The position numbers were made by a program, and so were the translations under genes. The notes below the pieces were generated by a model, which saw only the letters and a program-made list of their open reading frames with translations, was not told the origin of the DNA and made no database searches. A stretch of DNA of 61,538 nucleotides, counting the filler, from Porpidia crustulata (lineage: Eukaryota), in NCBI GenBank assembly GCA_964255105.1. It is 11 parts of 11 records of this genome, joined end to end, with 100 filler letters (N's around TTAATTAATTAA, not from the genome) between each part and the next. Parts side by side here need not be neighbours in the genome. Positions count along the whole stretch, not along the records: positions 22,447 to 27,947 come from CAXUWE010001785.1; positions 28,048 to 33,548 come from CAXUWE010001786.1; positions 33,649 to 39,148 come from CAXUWE010001787.1; 8 more parts are not named here. One strand, written 5' to 3'. Each line of letters begins with the position of its first letter. Position 1 is the stretch's first letter. This document shows positions 24,029 to 34,933 of this stretch, piece after piece.

Positions 24029-25140
24029 TTATTCTTGATGAAACCATTCGTCCTGCAGAAGCTCTTTGGCGGTGGGTCAATCCCTTGGATCGAGCTTCAT
24101 GATCGAGCTTCATGATCTTGCAGATAAAGGTTTTGTCTTCTTTTGAAAGCTCCTTGTATACTGCCAGGTGAAAGGGTCTTTGTAGATTGTGCTCGCTGAT
24201 AAGGTTAATGACGGCTGTGAGAATGCCGAGCCTTTCGTCATTGGCAAAATCACCATAGCTTAAAGGTACTGGTCCAAAAATGCTCACTTGCTTGATTAGT
24301 ACTTGTAAAGGGTATTCATCACGTTCAAATGGAACGTCAGATGGCTTAAATATGTGACAATTTTTGCCCCAGATGAGGCTGATCAGCTGAGGGGAGTTCA
24401 GAATAGGGATTTCGAAATGAATGGCTCCGGTCACTCACAGTTGCTCCAAAAGACCAAAGGTCCGTCGGCGTCCTCCAGCGAAGGTTTAGCATTGCCTCGG
24501 GGCTGCGAAATATTGCTGCTCCGATGACATGACCCTCCTCAAACGGGCTCGTGTTTGGGTCGACTATGAAAGTGTCGCCACAGTCGCCAAGCTGTACTTC
24601 GCTGAAGCGGTCCGGTGCAGTGCCATTTCTGACAAGAATGTTGTCTGGTTTGATGTCTGCAGGATAATTGGCAACGGTATCAGGACTCGTCTGGGCGGTT
24701 TGCACAATACCTGTGTGGACATAACCACGGCCGAGTAGCACTTCTAAAAGTTGCAAAAGGTTCCGCGCGACATACTTGATGTCTGCTCTCTCTAGCGTCT
24801 TCTCATTCGAGGCGTTGAGTAGATTATCGTCCAGATACTTCAATATAAGTGAGGGCGGATCATCACTCGTATCAATAATGGGCCGAATGTAGGGGTTATC
24901 ACGAACGGCCTCGAGGACGTCACGCTCGTTCTTTAGAGGCCAGTCAGGGGCAGTTTTGTCATTAACCTTCTTGGACGTGGAGCTCCTATAATGTGATAGT
25001 CATGAATAGGACGGATCCAGTCAGGTCTGTGCAAAGCATCCGCACATCGCTAACCAAATTCTTCGATGCAGCTACTCCCGAATTGTGTAGCTACCCCTTT
25101 TGCCTTGCAACGTCTGTCCAATCTTGAGATCGGCCGCCAT
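24029..25140 (-). pseudogene. Ser/Thr protein kinase-like pseudogene
   Basis: GQTLQGKRGSYTI, NERDVL, YVHT|DIKPDNILV, VQLGDCG, FRSPE, DLWSFG, ELLQDEWF. Stops at 25072-25074 and 24077-24079, and a 13-bp tandem duplication (24089-24114) causing a frameshift. Confidence 0.88.
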
Positions 25141-25810
25141 GACAGAAAGCTGCGGTGTAAGACGCATTTGGGTATGTCAAGCATCAACTTGTGACTTAGA
25201 CATAAGCGTAGTAGTAAACATCCTTACTACTAGCGTGATAGCGTCATAAACCCCAGCGTCTAATTGTCCAATCACATTGCATCATCGCAAAAACTCACCT
25301 GCAAGGCTAGAAGCGGACGGGAGGAAGTCGTATCGTGATCATGTTTAGAGATGTAGTTCCGCACTGAACTTCCTTTGTCTTGGTCAAGTGATGCAACCTC
25401 GACGGTGAGCGTGTAGTGAAAGTCACCTCTCAGAGAGTATCAGACTAGCATTTATTTCGCTAACAGGTGACACTACCGCTCAGTAGCTTACATTTAAAGG
25501 AAGATTAGTGAGCAGCTATTGCTATACTACGCTAGAGACCTTGATATCTACCTATTTATGTAGCATACAGCGGTCAAAGCGCCAACTTAGATGTGGAAGT
25601 TTGTGGCATAGGCAAGGACAATTCAAAGTATAGGCGCTGGTTACACTCAGATCGATTCGGTTGAGTAGAAAAAAAAGTGGAAAAGGGAATAAGGTGAATG
25701 GGAGTATCGGCAAATCAACCTTTTAAAGATAGAGACAACCTTCTTCAGTAGACGCTACGTGCATCAGCCTAAGCATACAATAAGCGGCTCTTAACTCTAT
25801 TAACATCACA

Positions 25811-26585
25811 ATGGGCCTCACATTGCTCAAAGTCGAAGACGATGATGAGTTTAAGGCGCTCTGCATCGTCTTTCGTGCCGCCTTCAAAGACCCGGTCACG
25901 CCGTTGTGGCCCTTGTTCAGCGGCGATTACCGACCGGATCCCGCATATCAAGAAGTAACGTTCGCAGAAACCACGCAGCGATTCCTGGCATGGCATCGAT
26001 CGGACCCCACCAGCTACTGGCTCAAAGTCGTCGATGACAGTAGCGGCGAGATTGTCGGCGGCGGCCGCTGGGCCTTTTACGAGACGGGGAACCCGTACGA
26101 TGGGCACGGCGACATGGAAGCCTCGTGGTGGCCAGAGGGCGAGCCGCGAGAAATCGCGACCACGTGCCTGAACCAATTTCTGGCCACAAGTGCCAAACAC
26201 ATGAACAGACCGCATGCTTGTGGGTTATTGTGCTGACTGCATTGCGCAGCCTTTACTTCGTTGACGTGAATTTCTAGACTTGAACATCTTGTTCACCCAT
26301 CCAGAACATCGCCGTAGGGGCGTCGGCTCGCTCATTATGAATTGGGGTTTGGAGCGTGCGGACAAGTTGGGTTTGGAGTCTTTCATCGAAGCGACTGCGG
26401 CGGGAAAACCGTGCTACGAGCGATTCGGGTTTGAGGTTATTGATACGAACCAACTTCACGTCGAGAAGAAGAACCCGAGTAAGGAGTGGAAAGAGGCCGA
26501 GTCACAGCTTTTACCGTTCACATGGTGGAGCATGTACAAGCCTGCGAAGCATAATGAAGGGGTCCGCGCCGAAGTTTTCAGCTGA
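25811..26585 (+). CDS. GNAT-family N-acetyltransferase
   Basis: Two exons (intron 26220-26277); WLKVVD..IVGGGRW, YLNILFTHPEHRRRGVGSL (acetyl-CoA motif), IEATAAGKPCYERFGF. Confidence 0.92.
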
Positions 26586-27529
26586 CGTAGCTATTGATTT
26601 GCTACATAACGATTGTTCATGGCTGATGACTCGCAAACACTCTATGTTTTCACACGATCGGTGCCATGCATCGACTCGTTTAAGATTACTTTCTCGACCC
26701 CAAAATCCAAAATCGCAGTAGCCCTGTTGGACTCTGCAACACCCCTCAGGGTTTCTTCCGAATATTGATGCGCGACGAGCGCTCCAGGCTTGGCGAGAGC
26801 ATCATCAAAAATAGCAACTGGAGGGGCACTTGCGGTGGCGACTATTACACCTATCAATTGCATGGTGCCGATGGCACTTGACTGTCCAAACGATTCCAGC
26901 TAGAAGCCAGACCTAATTAGAGAGCATTTAGTTTCCCTCGCACGAATGACAGGCTGTTGACCAATTGGCATAGGGAAGAACACATCCATGTTTGGAATTC
27001 AACGGTCATTGTGATTTTTGGAGACTTAAGGAGAGAACACGGTGGGGTACATGATTTATGATCAAGCCCACGCCACGAGCCGGGACTCTCCAACGTCATA
27101 GGATACAGTCTCCCCTTCGTTTCAGGTTTCACATGACATTGTGATTTGCAACCACACTCAAGTCCGAAGTAAGCCAGTAAGAGTAATATCCCTAATCACT
27201 GTTCTCCCGGAAGCTGCGAGATGCCACAAGCGGATAGAAGATGTAAGCTGCAGCTGCGACATGCTGTCTAATTGACATGGACGGTTGGCGGGATGGATAT
27301 CCAGCTGGCCGTAGCCTCTAGCGAAACGGGGTATGCCAGAAGTCACGATACACGGATGATACTATACAGCCACACGGCTTCTTAGCCGCGCGGACATCGC
27401 TGACAATCGTTCCGGCGTTCGGCGTCTAACTGGTGGAAGCGAGGCTAGTCGTGCTTCGAGAGAACACAGTTTCCCAAGTTCAACAAAAGTATGGAGCAGC
27501 AATCGAGGAGATAGCGCGACAGTGGAAAG

Positions 27530-27947
27530 ATGGTGAGTCCATCTACAAACACTAAGGTAAATAGATCGCGACGAGTTGACCGGCGGAAACAGACCGCCCT
27601 CTTCAACTTCCAGTCCCTCCTGCTCGTCCTGCTGCTGCTCATCTGCACCAGCGCGTACGCACACTACGTGTTCCCCGGTATCATGGACCGGAATCGCGAT
27701 GGGTGCGTAGCTTATCCGCAGTCCTTGCATCATCGGTTGGAAGACATGTACGACCAAGACTGATTTTAGTTTGCACCGAATAGGGTCTTTGGGATCTTCT
27801 GGAAGTGTGCTCGGGTTGGCGAGAGGTTGAGTCCGTATGTTAGTATTTGCTGCGTTGTCATGGCGGTAAGTTTTGGGGGGGGCATGGGTTTGTGGGGTTG
27901 GGGTGATCAGGGCTAATGGGAATTGTAGGCTTCGCTGATGGCGAGAT
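27530..27947 (+). CDS. KSH1: Protein kish (TMEM167/Ksh1), nearly complete
   Basis: [61 protein letters not shown]; three introns; contig ends at or near the stop. Confidence 0.92.
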
Positions 27948-28047
27948 NNNNNNNNNNNNNNNNNNNNNNNNNNNNNNNNNNNNNNNNNNNNTTAATTAAT
28001 TAANNNNNNNNNNNNNNNNNNNNNNNNNNNNNNNNNNNNNNNNNNNN
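27948..28047. other. Artificial contig-joining spacer
   Basis: N44-TTAATTAATTAA-N44. Confidence 0.98.
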
Positions 28048-28108
28048 TTTTTAAGTTTTTTGAGGATTTGGAGTGGATGGGTTGAGGGTTGATTTTTGGG
28101 GGTTCTAG

Positions 28109-28679
28109 GTCGCATATGATCAATATTGTCACGTTAGGGGACGACGAGAAGTACATGGTCGACGTTGGCTTTGGCAATAATGGGCCTACGCATCCGCTTC
28201 CGTTGGTTCATGGTGTTGTCAGTCAGAGGATTGCGCCCCAGGAGTTACGGCTTGTGAAGCAGGGGATTCCTGAGAACGAGGATCGAGATCAGAAGCTGTG
28301 GATCTATCAGTGGCGGGCTAATCCCGAGGATGAATGGACGTCGATGTACTGCTTTACGGAAGTAGAATTCCTTGCGCAGGATTACGAGATGATGAACTTT
28401 TGGACCAGTCAGAATCGGAAAAGCTGGTTCACGCGGCAGATTGTAGTGACGAAAATGATTATGGGGAATGAGGTTTTGGATGGGACGCTGAAGCCTTTGA
28501 TTGGAACGGTGAGCTTGAGTGGCGGGGAGGTCAAGCGGAGGATTGGGGAGAGTACGGAAAAGTTGATCTGTGGGACTGAGGATGAGAGGATCGAGGCGTT
28601 GAAGGCGGAGTTTGGGATTGAGTTGGTTGAGCATGAGAGGAGGGGAATCAAGGGGTTGGTGACAGAGTTGCTTCCCTGA
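28109..28679 (+). CDS. Arylamine N-acetyltransferase, last exon (partial)
   Basis: SHMINIV..KYMVDVGFG (catalytic His/Asp region), LWIYQ, YCFTEVEFLAQDYEMMNFWTS, ERIEALKAEFGIEL; acceptor TAG at 28106-28108. Confidence 0.9.
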
Positions 28680-28715
28680 GGGAATCTGGAATTGAAGTGG
28701 GATGCGGGCTCTGCT

Positions 28716-29192
28716 CTACATATATCGAGTTTCAAGCTGTCTCGAATCAGTATCTGGCGGTGGATGTGAGTTGAAGAGATCACATACCCTCCATGGATTA
28801 TTCAATTCAAATCCTGCTGGTGCTTGGACGTTGTCCGTTTGTCCTCGTAGATATCCTGTCAATCGCCTGTCTCGGTCCATCACTGCAGCCACTGTAAGAT
28901 TATGCCTTCAATTTCCTAAAGGGTTTCTGGTATGTACTTTGCTATCTACTTGTTAGCTAAATTCATCGCTATGATGTACAAGCCACAAGACTTTACCCTG
29001 TCCCATTGGTCTATTGAATGCCTTGCTCTTTTACCCCCGTTCTGCATGTGTCGTATCTTCGAAAGACCAGCTCCAGTGACCGCGAACATCTTGTAGACAT
29101 GTCAGTATCTAGCAAGTGTACAAAAGGTGAGGATTCGGGCGCACTCCAAGCATGACCCCATACGGAAGCAAGGCCTCGAAAGGAACACCCAT
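28716..29192 (-). CDS. NDUFA1: NADH:ubiquinone oxidoreductase MWFE subunit (NDUFA1), 5 exons including a 4-nt microexon
   Basis: Exons 29192-29145, 29089-28997, 28941-28938, 28882-28788 and 28736-28716 give MGVPFEALLPYGVMLGMFAVTGAGLSKIRHMQNGGKRARHSIDQWDRQMMDRDRRLTGYLRGQTDNVQAPAGFELNNPWRLETRYM*. Confidence 0.92.
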
Positions 29193-29839
29193 CGTTGGAG
29201 AAGACCTTTGACTAGTATGAGGATCCTGGAGATAAGCCCTCTTAGAATACCCCAAGTAAGGTACTATCCGCCTTACGGCTGGGAGTGAATGACGATTGAT
29301 GCCTATCTGAACGATCAGGTCGGTGCTCAAGCAGCAATGAGGTTGAGCGGCCCGCACTAAGCCTTACGTAGATCTACTACGACCCTCGTCGCTCACCAAA
29401 GGGGCGCATTCGGATTTGATTTCCAGCTTCTACATCACCTCTATTAATCTATTGTCGCTGACTTACGCGTCGCAAAAGCTATTTAGGTATGTGAAATCGC
29501 GAAGTTGTCATCTTGGAGGTCTTGCGACAGTTGTGGACCGAATGCTTCCGCGAAATGAGCGCTGGTGGGGAAGCTTTGCTAACATCTCGCCTTCGCCAGC
29601 AGTGCCAATCGTGGGATTATCTCGAGAGTCTTCAGATTCGGAACGTTATAGATATTCCGGCAAGCTGTCCGCGACCCTGATCCAGAGGACAAAATAGTCC
29701 ATCTGAAGGACTCGACTACTCCTCTCGTTTAACTACAACCCTTCAACCTTCTCAATTCACTACGAAGGACAATCGTCGCACAGAACCCATGTCAATCGTG
29801 TAGCTCAGAGCCAAGGTGGCTTCAACAGTAGCTTTGACA

Positions 29840-32800
29840 ATGGCAGCAGTGCTGGCGTCCCCACAGGTAGTCAGTCACAAACTCGATGCCAACTACACTA
29901 TGGTTCAGCACGATCTGGATGCGGACGGAGAGAATAAAGCCGGAGTCGATTATGCCATGGAAGATGTCACACTGGACGATGCTGAGAATGAGAGCGATGG
30001 TTCTGGTATGGACGCTGAAACTGGCGGCGAGGATGAAGTCGAGAATATGGAGCCCGAGGATGATGAAGATGAAACCATGAAGCTTCCAAATGGCAAGCTG
30101 GATATTGAGAGCGATGAGGATGCCATTATGGATAATATGTCAGAGTTGGAAGGAAGCAGCGCCGAAGAAGAAGCAGAAGATTCCGATAAAGACTCGAGTG
30201 ATGCAGGATCCGCTGCAGTTGACTACTGGACAGGTGGCAGTGCCGATGAGGGCGAGGTTGAAGTCGCTACTCGTAATAATTGCGTGCAAGTTTTGTAAGA
30301 AATTTAATCGACAAGAACATGAAAGCTAATCAGTCCTTAGATTTTGTGGGCAAGATGAGGAGCATGATCCATGTGAAGAGTTTGAAGAATATATGGCTTG
30401 TGCTGTTTGTGGAGATAATTGTAAGTTTTGATAGTGAAAAGAAGAAAATAGCTCCGTTGATCTTCCGGTACCTTATTTTTGTATGGAATTTTGCAGACTA
30501 ACCGAGCCTGCAGCCCACCGGCAATGTGCCCGAGACGCCAATACTCTTGGCCCCGATGATGGTTAGTCTACAAAGCTTTTCTTTCTTCCTATTTCTCTCT
30601 AGTGTCCCTATTCCAAATCTTTTGTTCTGATCAATTAAATTATTCCAGATACTACCAAGTGGAGGTGTCTAAACTGTGTGGAAAATGCTCTGGAGCCAGA
30701 TAACACCGCTGAAGCTATCTCAAGAAGGCGTTCTTCCGCCACCAAATTCACGAGAGATTTATTACCTGCGCAACGAGGTGTATCGAGACCGGGTGCTCAT
30801 TCAGTCTTTGACACTCTCATTCTCGAAGGTGATACACTTGATGGAAGTCGATCGCTACGAAATAAGCGAAAGGCTTCTACCGAGGAACAAGAAGAGGCGA
30901 CTGTGACGGTCAAGAGGCGACGTAGGAGAAATCTATCCCATCCACAGTCACCTTCGAAACTTCTACCCGTATCAAACAATGAAAACTTGGATGATGTGCT
31001 AGCAGACCGCCAAGTCGTACATGAAAACGACAATGTAGAGGTAGCAAGTGTTTCGACGAGAAAGTCCAGATCATCACAGATTGCACGATCTGTGAGAAAG
31101 CGGACACCTCAGAAATCTGAGCATGGATTTGCATACATATTGAGGAACGACTATGAGAAATTCATCCTAGGCATCCATTTCGACGATGGGGAGAGGCTTC
31201 TTCCGTTCATGGATCAAGCCGAGAAGAAGCGACGACGTGAACGTGACCGACGGCGTCGAAAACGCGCAGAAGCGGAAGCGGAGGCTCAACAGAAACAAGA
31301 TCGTCCTGTACCTAACTTCTCGTCACACTACGCAACGCCATTCTACTCCTTTCATGAACGTGAGAATGATGAACTCAAGTCCAAACCATATGGTGGGATT
31401 TTGTCGGAAGCAGATGCAGACACTTCAAAGACACTACCTACCGCAGCCGATCGAGCTAGGTTCAAAGAAGCTCGTGAAAAATCAGAAGAGGAATGGAAGC
31501 AGAAAACAGCATCGGAAGCTGAGACCGAGCCTAAAGGAAGATCATCACAAAAGGTAGGCGGTCCACCAAGCAAAATAAAGAGCGTCAATTTTGGTGGGTA
31601 TGAGATCGAGACTTGGTACGCAGCACCATACCCTGAGGAATACAGTCGAAATAGAGTCTTGTACATTTGCGAGTTCTGCCTCAAGTATATGAATTCGGAT
31701 TATGTAGCATGGCGACATAAGCTCAAATGCCCCGCAAAGCATCCACCTGGCGATGAGATCTACAGGGACAATTCAATCTCCGTTTTCGAAGTCGATGGCC
31801 GCAAAAATCCAGTATATTGCCAGAATCTTTGCCTTTTAGCGAAACTCTTTCTCGGTTCCAAAACCCTCTACTACGACGTTGAACCATTCCTGTTCTATGT
31901 TATGACAGAATACGACGAGTTAGGTTGTCATTTTGTGGGCTACTTCTCGAAAGAAAAACGACCCAGCAGCCAGAATAACGTTTCTTGTATCCTGACTCTT
32001 CCTACCCACCAACGCAAAGGCTATGGCAATCTCCTCATCAGTTTCTCCTACCTTCTGACCCGCGTCGAGGGTAAGACTGGCTCCCCTGAGAAACCGCTGT
32101 CAGACATGGGCCTTGTCTCGTACCGTAACTACTGGCGCCTGATCCTCTCCTACGAATTACTTGACCAAACCAAACCTCTTAGTATTGTCGATCTCTCCTA
32201 CCGGACAGGTATGACGCCCGACGACATCGTAGCCGCTCTCGAAGGTCTTCGAGCTCTTGTGCGCGACCCCGTTACCAAGAATTATGCCCTCCGTCTCGAC
32301 TACAACTACTTCAATCAGTATATTGAGACCTGGGAAGCAAAAGGCTACGTCACCATCAACCCCGACGCCCTAGTCTGGACTCCGTATATAATGGGTCGCA
32401 GCAACCTCGCGCACTACGACCGCGCTCCACCTCTGCCTACTATTGCGCCCCGCGATGGCGAAGGCGATGAGGATGCCAATGTGGTCATGCCGGAGGAGGG
32501 CGTGCAGCAAGCCACCAAGGCCGAAGCCATATCAGCCACGGTTGCAAAATCCAATGGCGACGCTCATACTACCGAACAGTCGGAAGCCCCTGTCAACGGT
32601 AACGCTGCCAAAACCCCTCAACCTGTGACTAAAAAGCAGCCATTTACTTTACCTTCCTTCGAAACAGCGACCAATCAAGCTCAAATATCCACACCAACTC
32701 CACTCTCCCCCTCTGTTCCTCCCACTCGCTATGAACTTTACCCCCCTATTCCCGGCACAATCTCCACTCGGCGTCGTGGCGGGTGGCGCGGCGGTCCGCG

Positions 32801-33287
32801 CAAATCTACTGGCGTCGGTGCTAATGGGACACCCAAAGAAACACCCATGCGCAGAGCACTGAAAACGGGGTTGGGAGTCGGAAAGGGAAAGGGCAAGCCT
32901 GTAGGTAAAGGGGTCGGAAAGGGTAAGGGCAAAGGCAAGGGCAAGGGCAAGGGGAGTCCGAAGGGAAAGGGCCAGGGGACGCCGGGCAGCAGGCGTACGA
33001 CAAGAAGTGGCGGGGACGCGGATCTGATTGGAGGCATAGACGGGGCCGATGAGCGCGAAACCGAAGAGCGGGATGGCGACAGCGTTGTCAATGGCCATGA
33101 GAGCGACGCCGGGATCAATGGTGAACTCGAACCTGGCATCGAAAACGAAGACGACGACGACGATGATGACCTCGAACTCTCGCAGGACCCACTACCTCCC
33201 GAGGAAGATGACGAAAAAGACCCCGATGCCGTGCCAGAAGAAGACAGCGAGGATGACAGCGACAGCGATGACGAGATGGAGGAGTAA
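29840..33287 (+). CDS. SAS3: MYST histone acetyltransferase Sas3/Mst2 with N-terminal PHD-like finger
   Basis: Acidic N-terminus; CxxC..CAVC..HRQC..WRCLNC finger over three introns; IETWYAAPYPEEY, CEFCLKY, HPPGDEIY, YYDVEPFLFY, QRKGYG, GSPEKPLSDMG. Confidence 0.93.
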
Positions 33288-33548
33288 TGCGTGTTTGGTA
33301 TTCCAAGAAAACTTGGCCACGGGGTTCTTCGCGTCAGGAATTCTTTCAAAAATAGTACAATAGGGCGGCTCGGCGATATCCCAATAGGTTTTATGTGGCG
33401 CGGTCGCGATGGATGTATGATAGCGGGGGAGTTTGATATGGCATATTTATGGTCCACGCGGGCCTGGTGAGAGGTAAAATTTCCGATTTGGGAGGTTTGT
33501 TTTGAGTGGGTTTTTCGGAGGGTTTGTGTGAGAAAAGAAATTCATATT

Positions 33549-33648
33549 NNNNNNNNNNNNNNNNNNNNNNNNNNNNNNNNNNNNNNNNNNNNTTAATTAA
33601 TTAANNNNNNNNNNNNNNNNNNNNNNNNNNNNNNNNNNNNNNNNNNNN
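33549..33648. other. Artificial contig-joining spacer
   Basis: N44-TTAATTAATTAA-N44. Confidence 0.98.
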
Positions 33649-34933
33649 GTGGGGGGGTTTGTGCGGTTGGATTGGATGGGTGGGTGGTGGTGGATCGATT
33701 CCTGAGGCGTAGAAGACCACATTGATGGACCGTATCGAAGCTGACGCCGCTGAGGACGAGGGTTCCCGGGATTGAACTTGCCCCGACACGTATTTCAGAG
33801 TCACCTGCTGCATGAAAATTGGTCCGGGAGGGTCAGAGGCGGAACAGACCGGCACGAAATTGAGCGGACCAGTCGGCTACCCGTGAAGGAAGTTTCTGTG
33901 AATATAGGTATATCTCGGATCTTGGAGTTTTCCGAGGACTTTCAGTGATCTCTCATCGATAAACATTGTCTTGGTCACGGTCTTGTAGGTTTGTACTATC
34001 GACATCGAGCAGTCAGGATGAGGTATGAAATGCTCAGCATCCGACGAAAGCCTAAGTTAGCCAAAAGCCTTGTCCCGAGGATCCATCGAAAAGTTCGTCG
34101 GTGCCATCGACAAGGTCCACAGCAGAGGGACTTGGATGTCCTGTTGGAAGCAATCGCGGGTAAAGTCGATCGCAGGAAGCGGTTAATTTCGAAGCTTGAA
34201 CTCTGATCAAAGTGATTCCATCTACTCAATCGATCAACGCAAGGCGCAGCGTACATGAAGCAAGACCACAAGAAGCTCTGCTGTCCACATTATACTACAA
34301 CAGACTTTGCAACAGAAAGCTCTTGGATGACCCAGATACGCGCAGACCAAGATTAGCGGTAGAGGCCAATCACGGCTTTCTAAACCCTAGATCCGGGATA
34401 TGGTAATCCTGATTCCTTAGCAACTCTCCCGGGAAAACGGTGTTGGCAGACTCAGGGCATCTGCCTTCCAGGGCAGTGGTAAACATTTGCCTCAAGACGT
34501 GGATTTCGTTGGCGGTATTTTCCTTCTCTACCTCGATCCATATTACTACTTTCTGGGCCGTGCAGTAGATTTCTTTCATATGTTGTACTTGGGCGTTCCT
34601 CTCCAAGACATCTGCTTGGTTGACGCAAGCAGAGTCGATCCAGAATACACGCGTTTCAATGTCATGGCGGAGATGGTGAAGTATTGTCCCAAGTTATTCG
34701 GAAATCTCAAGGTTTTGGTCGTCGCACTTGATTGTACGCGAGCGGCCGGAAGTTCCCCAAGTATATGACAAGTAGGAAGGTAAATCTTCGAGGGTGGTTG
34801 TCGTCATGCACCATCTCAGAGGATCCTGCCATTTCCCTGGTTGTATTTGGATCAATCTGAAATGTCTTGCTGTTGTAAGAAGCGCATACTCGTATAGCGT
34901 CTATCTATTGAGATGATTATTCAGAGGGTTCAT
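33649..34933 (-). pseudogene. HET-domain (het-6-like) heterokaryon incompatibility pseudogene
   Basis: Ordered motifs across several frames: HFRLIQIQPG, LSYTWG, FWIDSACVNQADVLERNAQVQHMKEIYCTAQKVVIWI, WSARIWVIQE, DPRDKAFG*, LPSRVADW; several stops and frameshifts. Confidence 0.88.
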
